Of a stretch of DNA of 64,000 nt, positions 18,151-27,542 are shown piece after piece (the first letter of the stretch is position 1; every line of letters begins with the position of its first letter). Below the pieces are notes generated by a model, which made no database searches, was not told where the DNA came from, and saw nothing but the letters and a program-made list of their open reading frames with translations. The stretch comes from Vicinamibacterales bacterium (GTDB taxonomy: Bacteria; Acidobacteriota; Vicinamibacteria; Vicinamibacterales; UBA2999). The position numbers and the translations under genes are program-made. The stretch covers positions 482 to 64,481 of the forward strand of contig DASTZI010000221.1 of the NCBI GenBank assembly GCA_035764385.1, read 5' to 3'.

Positions 18151-19074
18151 TCATTCTATATGTGCGTCCATTCTGTTGCCCGGTCCCTCGACGCCGCTCG
18201 GAACGAGCGGCCTGCGCACAATCAGCCAACGCCGCAGCGCATCCTGCCATGTCGGCATGTCGAACCCGGCAGAGGCGAGCTTGCGATTCGACAGTGCACA
18301 GAATCGGGGGCGCGCCGCGGCCAGGCGAACGTCTTCCGTCGTAATCGGCTTCAGACGCGCCGACACGCCGAGCAGTCTTGCGGCCTCGGTGGCAATCTGA
18401 TACCACGTCGCGTGCCCGGAGTTCACGCAGTGATAAAGACCGTATGCCGCGTCAGCGTCGACAAGGTATCGTGTCGCAGCCGCCACGTCGACGACGTAGC
18501 TCGGTGAGATGGTGCGATCCGTGAAGACCGGTATCTCACGTCCGGCCTCGAGACCAGCAACGATGCTGTCCAGCGAACCTCGCCGGCCCTTCCAGTCCGC
18601 GGGCATACCGAACAGGCTTTCGACTCGAAGGACGTACGCGCGCGACTCTAGTGCCAGCCACTCACCGACGAGTTTCGATGCGGCATAGACGCTTTGCGGC
18701 GACGGCGCCGCGGATTCATCGTACGGTGCGCTGTCCGGGCCGCCGAGTCCCGCAAAGACGAAATCGGTTCCGTAATGCACGAGCATGGCGCCGTGCTCTT
18801 CCGCGGCACGCGCCAGCGTGCGCACCGCGAACGCGTTGACGCCAAATGCCTCGAGCGGCCGGCTCTCCGCATCGTCTACAAGGTTGAACGCGGCGCAGTT
18901 GACGATGACATCCGGCCGCGCTTCCGCGACTGCGCGCTTGACCGCCTCGATGTTGGTGATATCGAGGGAATCGTGCGTGTGCGCCGCGATGTGGCACCCG
19001 GAAAACGCGCGCAGAATCGCGGTGCCGAGCTGACCCGAAGATCCCGTGACGAGCACGCGTCTCTTCTCAGACAC
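18151..19074 (-). CDS. RmlD-fold NAD(P)H-dependent 4-keto-6-deoxy sugar-nucleotide reductase
   Basis: VLVTGSSGQLGTAI, PDVIVNCAAFNLVDDAE, NAFAVRTLARAA, STDFVF-like YGTDFVFAG and YAASKLVGE match the RmlD substrate-binding-domain pattern. It lies next to gmd, so it may reduce GDP-4-keto-6-deoxymannose. Confidence 0.8.
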   Translation of the reverse strand: MSEKRRVLVTGSSGQLGTAILRAFSGCHIAAHTHDSLDITNIEAVKRAVAEARPDVIVNCAAFNLVDDAESRPLEAFGVNAFAVRTLARAAEEHGAMLVHYGTDFVFAGLGGPDSAPYDESAAPSPQSVYAASKLVGEWLALESRAYVLRVESLFGMPADWKGRRGSLDSIVAGLEAGREIPVFTDRTISPSYVVDVAAATRYLVDADAAYGLYHCVNSGHATWYQIATEAARLLGVSARLKPITTEDVRLAAARPRFCALSNRKLASAGFDMPTWQDALRRWLIVRRPLVPSGVEGPGNRMDAHIE

Positions 19075-19143
19075 AACCGACGGATCGTACTTGGTCCGTG
19101 CGTTGACGTCTACCGAGCCCTAAACTGGTTCGTGATTGGCGCG

Positions 19144-19171
19144 CAGTGGTGTGGTGCGTCGTGAGTGGTTG
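19144..19171 (+). repeat. Degenerate heptad tract (cagtggt gtggtgc gtcgtga gtggttg) immediately upstream of a start codon
   Basis: Read directly. It ends 4 nt before ATG 19176. It is weaker than the other heptad arrays. Confidence 0.4.
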
Positions 19172-19175
19172 AGGC

Positions 19176-20276
19176 ATGGAGGAAATAGAAACTGCCGTGA
19201 TTGGAGGCGGCGCCGTCGGTCTTGCGGCGGCGCTCGCCGTGGCGCGCCGGGGCCACACAGTGTGCGTCCTCGAGAAGGAGCCGCGCCCTGGCATGGCCAC
19301 GAGCACGCACAACAGTCAGGTGATCCATGCAGGGATCTACTACCCGGCCGGATCACTCAAAGCGCGACATTGCGTCGAAGGTGCGCGGCGGATGTACGAG
19401 TTCTGCGCCACCTACGGGGTCCCGCATCGGCGCTGTGGAAAGCTCGTAGTGGCTCACGACGAGAGCGAGATCCCGGCGCTCGAGCAGCTGCGGACAACGG
19501 GAGCGGCCAACGGTGTGGACGGTCTCGAAATCATCGATGCGGCCGCGGTGCGGACACGCGAGCCGCACATACGCGCCGCGGCAGCATTGCTTTCGCCGAA
19601 TTCCGGCATTCTCGAAGCGGAGGCACTTGTCCGCACGCTGGCGCGGTTGCTCAACGAACGCGGTGGTTACGTACTACCTGGATCGCCGGTCGTCGCCGGC
19701 CATCTCGACGATGCCGCCATCGAACTGGCCACGCCGGCAGAGCGCATACGAGCGCGATCCGTCGTCAACGCCGCAGGTCTTTACGCCGACGACGTGTCCG
19801 CCGCGCTTGGCGGATCGGCGTTTCGAATCTATCCGTGCCGCGGTGAATACGCGGAACTGGTGCCGTCCAAACGCGGCCTGGTCAATGCACTGGTCTATCC
19901 GCTGCCACACACCCACAGCCTCGGCACACATCTGAGCAAGACCGTTCACGGCAACGTCACGCTTGGTCCGACGGCGCGGTTTCAGGAGCGGAAAGACGAC
20001 TACGAACGCGATCGGCTGCCGCTCGAATCCTTTCTCGAACCGGCGCGACGGCTGCTTCCATCGTTGCAGCTCTCGGACCTGAGGCCCGGCGGGAGCGGCA
20101 TCCGTCCGAAGCTGCATGGACCAGATACGTCGTATGCCGATTTCATGATCGTCAGAGACGACAAATGCCCGCGCCTGGTGCAGGCTGCGGGCATTGAGTC
20201 TCCGGGGTTGACCGCCTGTCTCGCCATCGGCGAGCACGTGGCGGATTTGGTTGACGAGATCCTAGGTCGGTCTTAG
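19176..20276 (+). CDS. FAD-dependent oxidoreductase (DAO / L-2-hydroxyglutarate oxidase-like)
   Basis: [30 protein letters not shown] (FAD dinucleotide fold), [35 protein letters not shown]. Confidence 0.85.
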   Translation: MEEIETAVIGGGAVGLAAALAVARRGHTVCVLEKEPRPGMATSTHNSQVIHAGIYYPAGSLKARHCVEGARRMYEFCATYGVPHRRCGKLVVAHDESEIPALEQLRTTGAANGVDGLEIIDAAAVRTREPHIRAAAALLSPNSGILEAEALVRTLARLLNERGGYVLPGSPVVAGHLDDAAIELATPAERIRARSVVNAAGLYADDVSAALGGSAFRIYPCRGEYAELVPSKRGLVNALVYPLPHTHSLGTHLSKTVHGNVTLGPTARFQERKDDYERDRLPLESFLEPARRLLPSLQLSDLRPGGSGIRPKLHGPDTSYADFMIVRDDKCPRLVQAAGIESPGLTACLAIGEHVADLVDEILGRS

Positions 20277-21151
20277 CGCCAGGCAGCCGTCAGCAATTGC
20301 ATCCAGCAGCGCGTACCAAGAATCGCGCGCGCCAGAGCCCGCTTCGGACTGAGCGGTGCGGGAGCGACGTGGGTGGCGTAGTACAGATACGCGCTTCGAT
20401 GGAATGCGCGGATCGCCGATCGCCGCGTGGTGCGGCTGGACTGTCCGACGCGATGAATCGCCGCCGCGCCTGGCACGTACCGCACGTGATAACCCTTCGC
20501 GCGCAGCCGTCGACAGAGGTCAGCGTCCTCCCAATACAGGAAAAAACGCTCGTCGAAGCCCTTCACGGCGTCGAGCGCGTCGCGCCGCGCAAGCATGCAC
20601 GCGCCGGATACCCAGTCGACCTCCACACTCTGCTGGCCGCTTCGAATCGCCTCGTCGACGACGACGTGGCGCCTCCCGATCGGAAGGAACGGGGCGACTC
20701 TCCGAAGCAGCGTCGTACGGCCAAACAACCCGGTAAGCATGTCCGGGTCTCCGCGCGCGCTTCCCTGCACGGAGCCATCGGGATTGAGCACACGAGGCCC
20801 GGTAATCGCACACTGCGGCTGCGCGTCGAGAACGCCTCGCAGCGCTGCGATCGCGCCGGCCATCAGGCGACAGTCGGGATTCATGATCAGGACGTATGGC
20901 GCGGTGGTCGCGGCGAGTCCCTGGTTCACGCCGCACGCAAAGCCGACATTCGCCTCGTTGCGAATCAGCCGGACGTCGGACAGAAACTGATTCACCTTTG
21001 CCGCGCTGCCATCGACCGACGCGTTGTCGACGACCATACCCTGCCAGGACTGCCCGGCCATCTCGTCGGCTATTGAGCGAAGCGCCCGCTCGAGCTCCGG
21101 CCCGGCGTTGTAGTTCACGAGGATCGCCGCAAACTGCGGGCCTGTGGTCAT
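20273..21151 (-). CDS. GT2-family glycosyltransferase
   Basis: [14 protein letters not shown]...[10 protein letters not shown]...[11 protein letters not shown]...[10 protein letters not shown] is the GT-A/GT2 pattern (rhamnosyltransferase-like). It is the last gene of the minus-strand array, and its stop overlaps the convergent gene's stop. Confidence 0.9.
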   Translation of the reverse strand: MTTGPQFAAILVNYNAGPELERALRSIADEMAGQSWQGMVVDNASVDGSAAKVNQFLSDVRLIRNEANVGFACGVNQGLAATTAPYVLIMNPDCRLMAGAIAALRGVLDAQPQCAITGPRVLNPDGSVQGSARGDPDMLTGLFGRTTLLRRVAPFLPIGRRHVVVDEAIRSGQQSVEVDWVSGACMLARRDALDAVKGFDERFFLYWEDADLCRRLRAKGYHVRYVPGAAAIHRVGQSSRTTRRSAIRAFHRSAYLYYATHVAPAPLSPKRALARAILGTRCWMQLLTAAWR

Positions 21152-22155
21152 TTCTCAGCCACCCGCTCGCGCATATTCGCGTCGAACTGTTTCTCACGGA
21201 TCTTCGCCGACAACCACTTCGTCTCGAGCAGCGATGCAATCGCCGCCGCATTGACACGACGCCCGCGCTGAACGACCGCGCGTTTTCTCAACATGCGCGG
21301 CAAGCGCACGGCGGCCGCTGCCTTCGCGCGCAGGTACGGCCCGAGCATCCCCATACGCGCGAAATGCACGCCCGCCGCAACGTCATAGACGATGTGGCCA
21401 GGCAGCGTCTTCCACAGGAGACTGGCAGGGGTGTCCTTGAAATAGACCCATTCGAGATTGCGCTGTCCGTGAAACACGGACGACGGACTCACAGTTCCAA
21501 GCGTCGCGCTTCCCACGTGACGCACGACCGCGTCGGCGACATAGCGGCAGCGATATCCGCGAAGCCGGGCTCGATACGAGAGGTCCACGTCTTCGTGCGA
21601 CGCAAAAAAATCCTCGTCGAATCCGCCAAGCTCCTCGAAGACCGCCTTCGGCATCATGCAGGCCGCGCCGCAGACGCCAAAGACTTCCTGGCTGACCAGC
21701 GCCGCGGACGCGGGCTCGCCGTGGTGGCGTTTGAACGCCCCACCCCACCGCAGCACGCCATCGCCGGCGCTGTCGATCGTGTCGGGATCGTGCATGTACA
21801 CGATGCGTGAGGTGACCAGCGCACAGCGATTCCGTTCGTCAACGGCCGCCGCCAGCGCTCGCAGCCAGCCGGCATCCGCGGCGGTGTCGTTGTTCAAGAA
21901 GGCAACCAGATGTCCGCGGGCCTCGCGGACGCCGGCGTTGTTCCCTCCCGCAAAGCCGCGATTTCCGCCGAGGGCGACGAGTCTGACCCACGGGAATTGT
22001 GATCGCACGTACTCCGCGGTGCCATCAGTCGAACCGTTATCGACGACGATCGTTTCGGCGCGAACAGCGATCTGTGCGGCCACACTCGACAGGCACGTCT
22101 GCAGATGCTGACGGCCGTTCCACGTCACGATGACGACCGAAATCTCAGGCTCCAC
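21148..22155 (-). CDS. GT2-family glycosyltransferase
   Basis: ISVVIVTWNGRQHL...VVDNGSTDGT...NRGFAGGNNAG...SHEDVDLSYR. ATGA overlap with the downstream gene. Confidence 0.9.
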   Translation of the reverse strand: MEPEISVVIVTWNGRQHLQTCLSSVAAQIAVRAETIVVDNGSTDGTAEYVRSQFPWVRLVALGGNRGFAGGNNAGVREARGHLVAFLNNDTAADAGWLRALAAAVDERNRCALVTSRIVYMHDPDTIDSAGDGVLRWGGAFKRHHGEPASAALVSQEVFGVCGAACMMPKAVFEELGGFDEDFFASHEDVDLSYRARLRGYRCRYVADAVVRHVGSATLGTVSPSSVFHGQRNLEWVYFKDTPASLLWKTLPGHIVYDVAAGVHFARMGMLGPYLRAKAAAAVRLPRMLRKRAVVQRGRRVNAAAIASLLETKWLSAKIREKQFDANMRERVAEK

Positions 22156-23266
22156 GCGCGACCTCGCGATACACGTCGAGTGTCAGCCGTGCCGTTCGCT
22201 GCCAGGTGAAGGTCGCCGCGCGCGCCAGGCCGCGCGCTCTCAGATCGGTCCGCAGCGCTTCGTCGTTCAACAGCCGGATGATCGCCTCACGCCAGGCCGA
22301 GACGTCCCGCGGATCCAGCAGCACACCGGCGCCCCCGAGCACTTCTGGCATCGACGCCTCGTGGGATGCCAACACAGGCGTGCCGCTCGCCATCGCTTCG
22401 ACGAGCGGCAGACCGAATCCCTCGTATAAGGATGGATACACGAGTGCGAGCGCGCCTTGGTAGAGCGCTCGTAATCGACGTTCCTCCACTCGTCCAAGAG
22501 CCACGACCGCGTCCGGCGTACCGGCTTCGGCAGCCATCGCACACAACCCATCGGCGACACCACGATCGACGCCCGCAAGTACGAGCGACAGGGCCGCCGC
22601 GCCCCCGAAATGACGGCGCGCCTCGAGCAGCGCGTCGACGACAACCGTGAGGTTCCTCCGTTCATGCAAATCGCCGACGTGCAGCACAAATGGCTCGACG
22701 ACGTTTGCCGGCAAGTCGAGCGGCAGATTCGGATCACCGGCGCCGAACATGCTGTGAACACCCAGCGGAATCACCCTGATGCGCTCGAGCGGAATCCCGT
22801 ACGCGCGCGAGATCTCCGAGGCGGAGAACCTCGAGTCGGTGAGCACGCGCGACGGCGTCTTTGCGCTGCGGCGATAGAAGTACCGGCGGAGCCGATCGCG
22901 GCGGTACGGGTACCACTCCGGATGCAGCTCGTAGCTGACGTCGTGAATCGATAGGACGACGGGGACGCCGGCCCAGAACGGGGCGGTGTAGGAGGGAGCG
23001 TGAAGGACGTGGACGCGGGCGCGGGCGGCGGTCCGCGGCAGCCCGATCAGCGTCCAGCCTGCGTTGCTCGGCGGGTGCGCCGATTCGCGAACGCGTTCGA
23101 CGCCGGGGGGAATGGCACCGGCGTCACCGCCGAGGGCGACGATCTCCAGCGGCTCGCCAAGCAAGGTCAGCGCAGAGACGAGCTCGGTTGAGTAGCGGCG
23201 GATGCCCGCAGCGGGAGAGGTGAAGGCGCGGCCGTCGAAGCCGATTCGGAGCGTGCGGGAATTCAA
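22145..23266 (-). CDS. GT4-family (GT-B, retaining-type) glycosyltransferase
   Basis: C-terminal motif LVYPSLYEGFGLPLVEAMASGTPVLAS. TTG start at 23266. There is an 11-nt overlap with the next gene. Confidence 0.9.
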   Translation of the reverse strand: MNSRTLRIGFDGRAFTSPAAGIRRYSTELVSALTLLGEPLEIVALGGDAGAIPPGVERVRESAHPPSNAGWTLIGLPRTAARARVHVLHAPSYTAPFWAGVPVVLSIHDVSYELHPEWYPYRRDRLRRYFYRRSAKTPSRVLTDSRFSASEISRAYGIPLERIRVIPLGVHSMFGAGDPNLPLDLPANVVEPFVLHVGDLHERRNLTVVVDALLEARRHFGGAAALSLVLAGVDRGVADGLCAMAAEAGTPDAVVALGRVEERRLRALYQGALALVYPSLYEGFGLPLVEAMASGTPVLASHEASMPEVLGGAGVLLDPRDVSAWREAIIRLLNDEALRTDLRARGLARAATFTWQRTARLTLDVYREVARGA

Positions 23267-23279
23267 AATTCAAAGTTCA
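23259..23279. repeat. Heptad repeat gaattca aaattca aagttca in a 15-nt intercistronic gap
   Basis: Read directly. It spans the TTG start of the GT4 gene and ends 3 nt from the stop codon (TAA 23282-23284) of the WecA-like gene. Confidence 0.7.
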
Positions 23280-23281
23280 AT

Positions 23282-25069
23282 TTACTGAATACTCATATGC
23301 AGCCTGCGGACGGGGCACTCGCGCGATGCGCAGACCTGGCGGATGGTGTACTCGATGTTCCCGTTGATCAATGGGCTGCTCAGAATCACTTCATCCACCT
23401 TGTATTTCTGCATCGCCGCTTCGAGCTGATCGAGCGCGCCCCGCACCGGGACACCCATGATCCACCGATGCGTCTTCATCGGGTCGTCATCGATGAAGAC
23501 AACGGGATTCATCAGCCAATCAGGGTTGGCGCGCATTTCCCTGACGATCAGCTGACCGAACGCGCCGGCGCCGTATACGAGCACGCGCCGGCTCCTTTTG
23601 CTGCGCGCCGCCGCGACGAGACTCATGCTGCGGAATGAGACACGCGTCGCGACGATCGCGAGGAGGAGCAACAGCCCGTCGATGATGAAGACAACGCGGG
23701 AGAATCCTTCGAATCGGTAGAAATAGGCGACCGCGAGCACCGACAAGAGCGAGCCGGTGAAGACACCGCGCACGACGACAGCGATGTCGCGCAGGCTGAA
23801 TGTCTGCCACGATCGTTGATACAAGCCCGATCCGTACAACGAGGCAAGCTTGCAGCCGAGCACGACCGGCACCGATGCCGTGAAATACGGAAGAAAGTGA
23901 TTGAGGCCTTCCCCCTCGAAGCGCAGCCGGTAGGCAAAGTAGTAGCACGCCGTGATGAGGATCAGGTCCAGCATCACCTCGCCCGCGTGCCATTTGAACG
24001 TCAGGTCCTTCAGTAACGGAGCGAATGCCGAACGCTCGAGCGCCTTGAAATCCTGGGCGTTGTACGCGGGAACGCGTGCCAGGTAAATGCCGACGAGCGT
24101 CACGAGCACCGCAAAGAGCGCAGCGACCGGACTCATCTGCTCGATGCCACCCGTCACCAATGCCCACGCGGTCAGGCCGCCGACAATGCCCAGCAGGTAA
24201 AGAATGCGGACGGCGCTGCGCTCTGAGAACCCCAGCGAGACCAGACGATGCGACACGTGGTCGGTGCCGCCGCGAGTCGCGCTGCGTCCTGCAAACCGTC
24301 TGAGGACCAGGACGAAGCCGGTATCAAACAGTGGGACGACCAGGATGGCAACGACGAGAATGGATGTCCACGGGAACGGGGTCCGTTCCTGCAGGACCGG
24401 CACAAGTGACGCACCCGCGAGCACCGCGCCGATGAAGAGGCTGCCACAGTCACCCATGAACAAGCGGGCGGGCGGACGGTTCCAGTACAGAAACCCAATC
24501 AGCGCGCCGCACAAGGCGACGAGCAGCAGCACAATTGGAGCCCCGAGAGACGGTCCGAGGAGCCAGGCGAGAAAGGCGGCAGCGACAAACGCAACACCGG
24601 CCGCAAGACCGTCCATGTTGTCGAGCAGGTTGAACGCGTGGCAGACGCCGGCAAACCAGATCGTCGCAACGAGCGTATGCGTGAGCGGCAGCGCGTTGTC
24701 AGGGCGCCTCACCAGCGAGAAGACGAGGAACGCGCCGATGATGAGCGACGACACCAGCTTCGCCAGCGGCGTGAGCTGCAGACGGTCGTCGAGGACGCCG
24801 ACCACGAACATCGCGATACCCGCGAGCGGGATCGCGAGCCATGTGGGCGACATACCCGCTGGGGTCACACGCTGCACAATCAGCGCAAACCCGAGAACGG
24901 TCGCAACCGCGATCGCGACACCACCCATCGTCGGGGTGGGCTCGCTGTGCCATCGATCCGGCCTGGGTGGCACGACGGCACCGATGGCGGGCGCTCCTCG
25001 ACGTACGAGCGCGCACAGCGCCACTGACGCGAGCAGCGAGATCAACAGCGCCAGTGGAAGATGGATCAC
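23282..25069 (-). CDS. Polyprenyl-phosphate HexNAc-1-phosphate transferase (WecA/MraY family) fused to a 4-TM + Rossmann-like (CoA_binding_3 / WbpM-N-terminal-like) module
   Basis: N-terminal half: VGVLDDRLQL, NLLDNMDGLAAG, FMGDCGSLFIG, VPLFDTGFV (WecA/MraY motifs). C-terminal ~250 aa: extra TM helices, then RRVLVYGAGAFGQLIVREMRANPDWLMNPVVFIDDDP...VPVRG...VDEVILS. Confidence 0.85.
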   Translation of the reverse strand: MIHLPLALLISLLASVALCALVRRGAPAIGAVVPPRPDRWHSEPTPTMGGVAIAVATVLGFALIVQRVTPAGMSPTWLAIPLAGIAMFVVGVLDDRLQLTPLAKLVSSLIIGAFLVFSLVRRPDNALPLTHTLVATIWFAGVCHAFNLLDNMDGLAAGVAFVAAAFLAWLLGPSLGAPIVLLLVALCGALIGFLYWNRPPARLFMGDCGSLFIGAVLAGASLVPVLQERTPFPWTSILVVAILVVPLFDTGFVLVLRRFAGRSATRGGTDHVSHRLVSLGFSERSAVRILYLLGIVGGLTAWALVTGGIEQMSPVAALFAVLVTLVGIYLARVPAYNAQDFKALERSAFAPLLKDLTFKWHAGEVMLDLILITACYYFAYRLRFEGEGLNHFLPYFTASVPVVLGCKLASLYGSGLYQRSWQTFSLRDIAVVVRGVFTGSLLSVLAVAYFYRFEGFSRVVFIIDGLLLLLAIVATRVSFRSMSLVAAARSKRSRRVLVYGAGAFGQLIVREMRANPDWLMNPVVFIDDDPMKTHRWIMGVPVRGALDQLEAAMQKYKVDEVILSSPLINGNIEYTIRQVCASRECPVRRLHMSIQ

Positions 25070-25071
25070 TG

Positions 25072-26844
25072 TTACCCGCCGGACACCGGCTGATGGGCGC
25101 GCGCCATACGGTCGCCGACGCCGGATCGCTCTTCGGCCTCGTCCTGCTTCAATCGTACGGGCGCGTCGCGCAGCACAAACGGCGCTTTCGACAGGATGCC
25201 TTCGCAGATCGTGTCGAGTCCGGACGATGCGCCTGGCAGCAGCTGCTGCAGGCGATCCAGTTTGAGACGGTAGACGGGATAGCCAGCCTTCGGCTCGATA
25301 AAGGGCAGCGGAATCATTCGGTTGAAGAAGAAGTGATACGCGTACCGGCGCGCGCGCGCCAGCTGCGTTGCCGGCAGCCGCTCCGGTATCGGGAGCTGCG
25401 CCAGCAACCGGAAGTACTCGTCGGGCGAACTGGCGTCGAGCGTGATCCCCTTATTACGAATCCACGCCTCGCCCGCCACGATCACGGGTAATCCGACGCT
25501 CGTCAGCTCGACGCCCATCTTCGTGCCGTAGATGATGGCCGAATTACACAACGACATCAGCGCGTACGTGCTGAGCCCGCTCTCCGGGGGAACCACAATG
25601 ATGTTGGGCGCGAGTCGAGGCAGCCGTTTGCGCAACTCGGTGAGAATCGGCTGGCGCGACGGCGGAAAGCCGCTGATCTCCGCCGGATGCACGCGAATCA
25701 GCAGCTGCAGGTCCGGCCGCGTAGCGAAGTACTCGCACGTCTGGACGAGCCACTCGAACATGTTCGGAAATGCGTTGGCCGGATAGTGCAGCTGCGCGTC
25801 CCAGGATACGTTGGTCAGCAGCCCGATGACCGGCTTGGATGGGTCGACGCCGATCTGTCTGGCAATCGCAGCAGGATCCTGACTCGTCGGCCGATGGAAG
25901 ACGATCCAGTCGAACATGCCTTCCCGTCGGCTGTCGAGATACTGCAGCAGCTCTCGCTCCTGCGCGGCAGACAGCTCGAGCCGCTCCCAGTGATCCCGCG
26001 GCTCGCTCAGCAACGTATGGTGGTAGGTGTCGTCGTGGCTGAAGATGAAGCGGCGCTTGCGGTATGCCACGTTCCAGTTCGAAACCTGCACGCGCTCCTG
26101 ACGCGCGACCTCCCCCACGATTCCCCACGGCACATAGATCCCGTGGGTGAACACGGCCGATCGAAACCCGATCGCGCGGATCAGGTTGCGTGAGGCGAAG
26201 GCGGTCAGCAGCGCCGACTCCAGATACCTGCGGAGGATTGGTTCCGCCAGCGGCTCGTCGTCGAGCGTTCCGGTGGCAAAGAAACGCAGCGTACCGGCGT
26301 GCGCATGTTCACCGATGTTGAGGCCGTCGTAGACGAAGTGCTCGATTTCACCAACCGGGAGTGTCGAACCGACGCGTGTTGCCTCGGCACGATCGGCCGG
26401 CGTGAGCCATTCGCTCATGCGATGGACCTTGAGGCCGAGCCTGTTGTAGACAGCTTCCGCGGGCCACGTGCAGTCACGGCAGAGATCGCGTGAGGGACCA
26501 TGTTGAACGAAGCGCTGGAGATCCGGGTAGATTGAGGCTTCGCACTCGGCGCACGCGCTCATCGTCCCATCGCACAACAGCGCGTGCACCTCGGCGCCGC
26601 GGAACGTCAACGCCGCCGCCAGCGCACTTTCCAGTGTGACCGCATGCGCGTACGAACCGATCGCGGTCGCCATTAGCACGCGCGGGCCGCCTTCGGCGGA
26701 CGTCCGCGCTGAATTCCAGAGCGCCGGCTCGGCATCAAGCACGCCGCGCCAATCGGGATAGGCCTCGCGCCGGGCGTGGTACCAGCGCCGGGCGAGCCGC
26801 GTCGCTCGCCAGATCGACGGAAAGTTCCGGATGAAATGCTTCAC
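25072..26844 (-). CDS. Capsule-biosynthesis-like GT-B protein (KpsC/KpsS/TagF-type HP motif) with N-terminal Cys cluster; distant relative of Family B
   Basis: LLIRVHPAE ... ALMSLCNSAIIYGTKMGVELTSVGLPVIVAG resembles the HP plus xNSxxGxEA pattern of capsule-synthesis proteins. Cys cluster CDGTMSACAECE...CRDC. The start was chosen at GTG 26844 (GTGA overlap with the HAD stop). Confidence 0.7.
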   Translation of the reverse strand: MKHFIRNFPSIWRATRLARRWYHARREAYPDWRGVLDAEPALWNSARTSAEGGPRVLMATAIGSYAHAVTLESALAAALTFRGAEVHALLCDGTMSACAECEASIYPDLQRFVQHGPSRDLCRDCTWPAEAVYNRLGLKVHRMSEWLTPADRAEATRVGSTLPVGEIEHFVYDGLNIGEHAHAGTLRFFATGTLDDEPLAEPILRRYLESALLTAFASRNLIRAIGFRSAVFTHGIYVPWGIVGEVARQERVQVSNWNVAYRKRRFIFSHDDTYHHTLLSEPRDHWERLELSAAQERELLQYLDSRREGMFDWIVFHRPTSQDPAAIARQIGVDPSKPVIGLLTNVSWDAQLHYPANAFPNMFEWLVQTCEYFATRPDLQLLIRVHPAEISGFPPSRQPILTELRKRLPRLAPNIIVVPPESGLSTYALMSLCNSAIIYGTKMGVELTSVGLPVIVAGEAWIRNKGITLDASSPDEYFRLLAQLPIPERLPATQLARARRYAYHFFFNRMIPLPFIEPKAGYPVYRLKLDRLQQLLPGASSGLDTICEGILSKAPFVLRDAPVRLKQDEAEERSGVGDRMARAHQPVSGG

Positions 26845-27542
26845 GCCGTCGTTTCGGTCACCTTCAACTGACCCAACCCAATGAGATCCAGAAATTCGGC
26901 CGGCGGCGGAAGCTGTTCGAACACCCGCCACGGATGATGGGCGCACAGCTCGTCGACCGAATAACCGCCGCTCGCGACCGCGATAGTACGGGCCCTGATT
27001 GCATCCGCGGCTTCAATGTCGTGCGGCGTGTCGCCAATGACGAAGAGCTGCTCTTCGGTCACGGGACCGTTGCGCCGCGCGAGCTCGAGGGCGCGGGTCG
27101 CGATCGACGCGCGCACGCTCTGATCTTCGGCGAACGCGCCGTCGGGAAAATACTTGAACAGATCGTAATGGGTCAGCTTCGCGCGCGCACCGCGGCGCGT
27201 GTTGCCGGTCAACAGATACGATCGAACGTCGTTCCTCGGGCGAAGCGTCTCGAGAATCTCGCGGACGTTGGGCATCACCTGTCCCTGCTTGAGCGGCAGC
27301 GTCGACGGCAGGAGGTCCTCGTAGCGTGTCACCATCCGTTCGAGCATCCCGTTTTCCGGCTGCAGGCTGAGCAATTCGAACGTCCGCGAGGCAATCTGGA
27401 AGTCCGTCAGGCCGGGCACCCGGATCGAGGACAACTGAAACTCTTTCCCGGTGGTTTCCCGCACTGCTGTTTCCCATGCAGGCACACCAGCCTTGCCGGT
27501 CGTCAGCAGAGTGCCGTCAATGTCCCAGAACAGGATCGTCAT
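26841..27542 (-). CDS. HAD-superfamily phosphatase (phosphoglycolate-phosphatase-like subfamily IA)
   Basis: ILFWDIDGTLL (motif I DxD), LLTGNTR (motif II), GDTPHDIEAA (motif IV). Confidence 0.9.
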   Translation of the reverse strand: MTILFWDIDGTLLTTGKAGVPAWETAVRETTGKEFQLSSIRVPGLTDFQIASRTFELLSLQPENGMLERMVTRYEDLLPSTLPLKQGQVMPNVREILETLRPRNDVRSYLLTGNTRRGARAKLTHYDLFKYFPDGAFAEDQSVRASIATRALELARRNGPVTEEQLFVIGDTPHDIEAADAIRARTIAVASGGYSVDELCAHHPWRVFEQLPPPAEFLDLIGLGQLKVTETTA

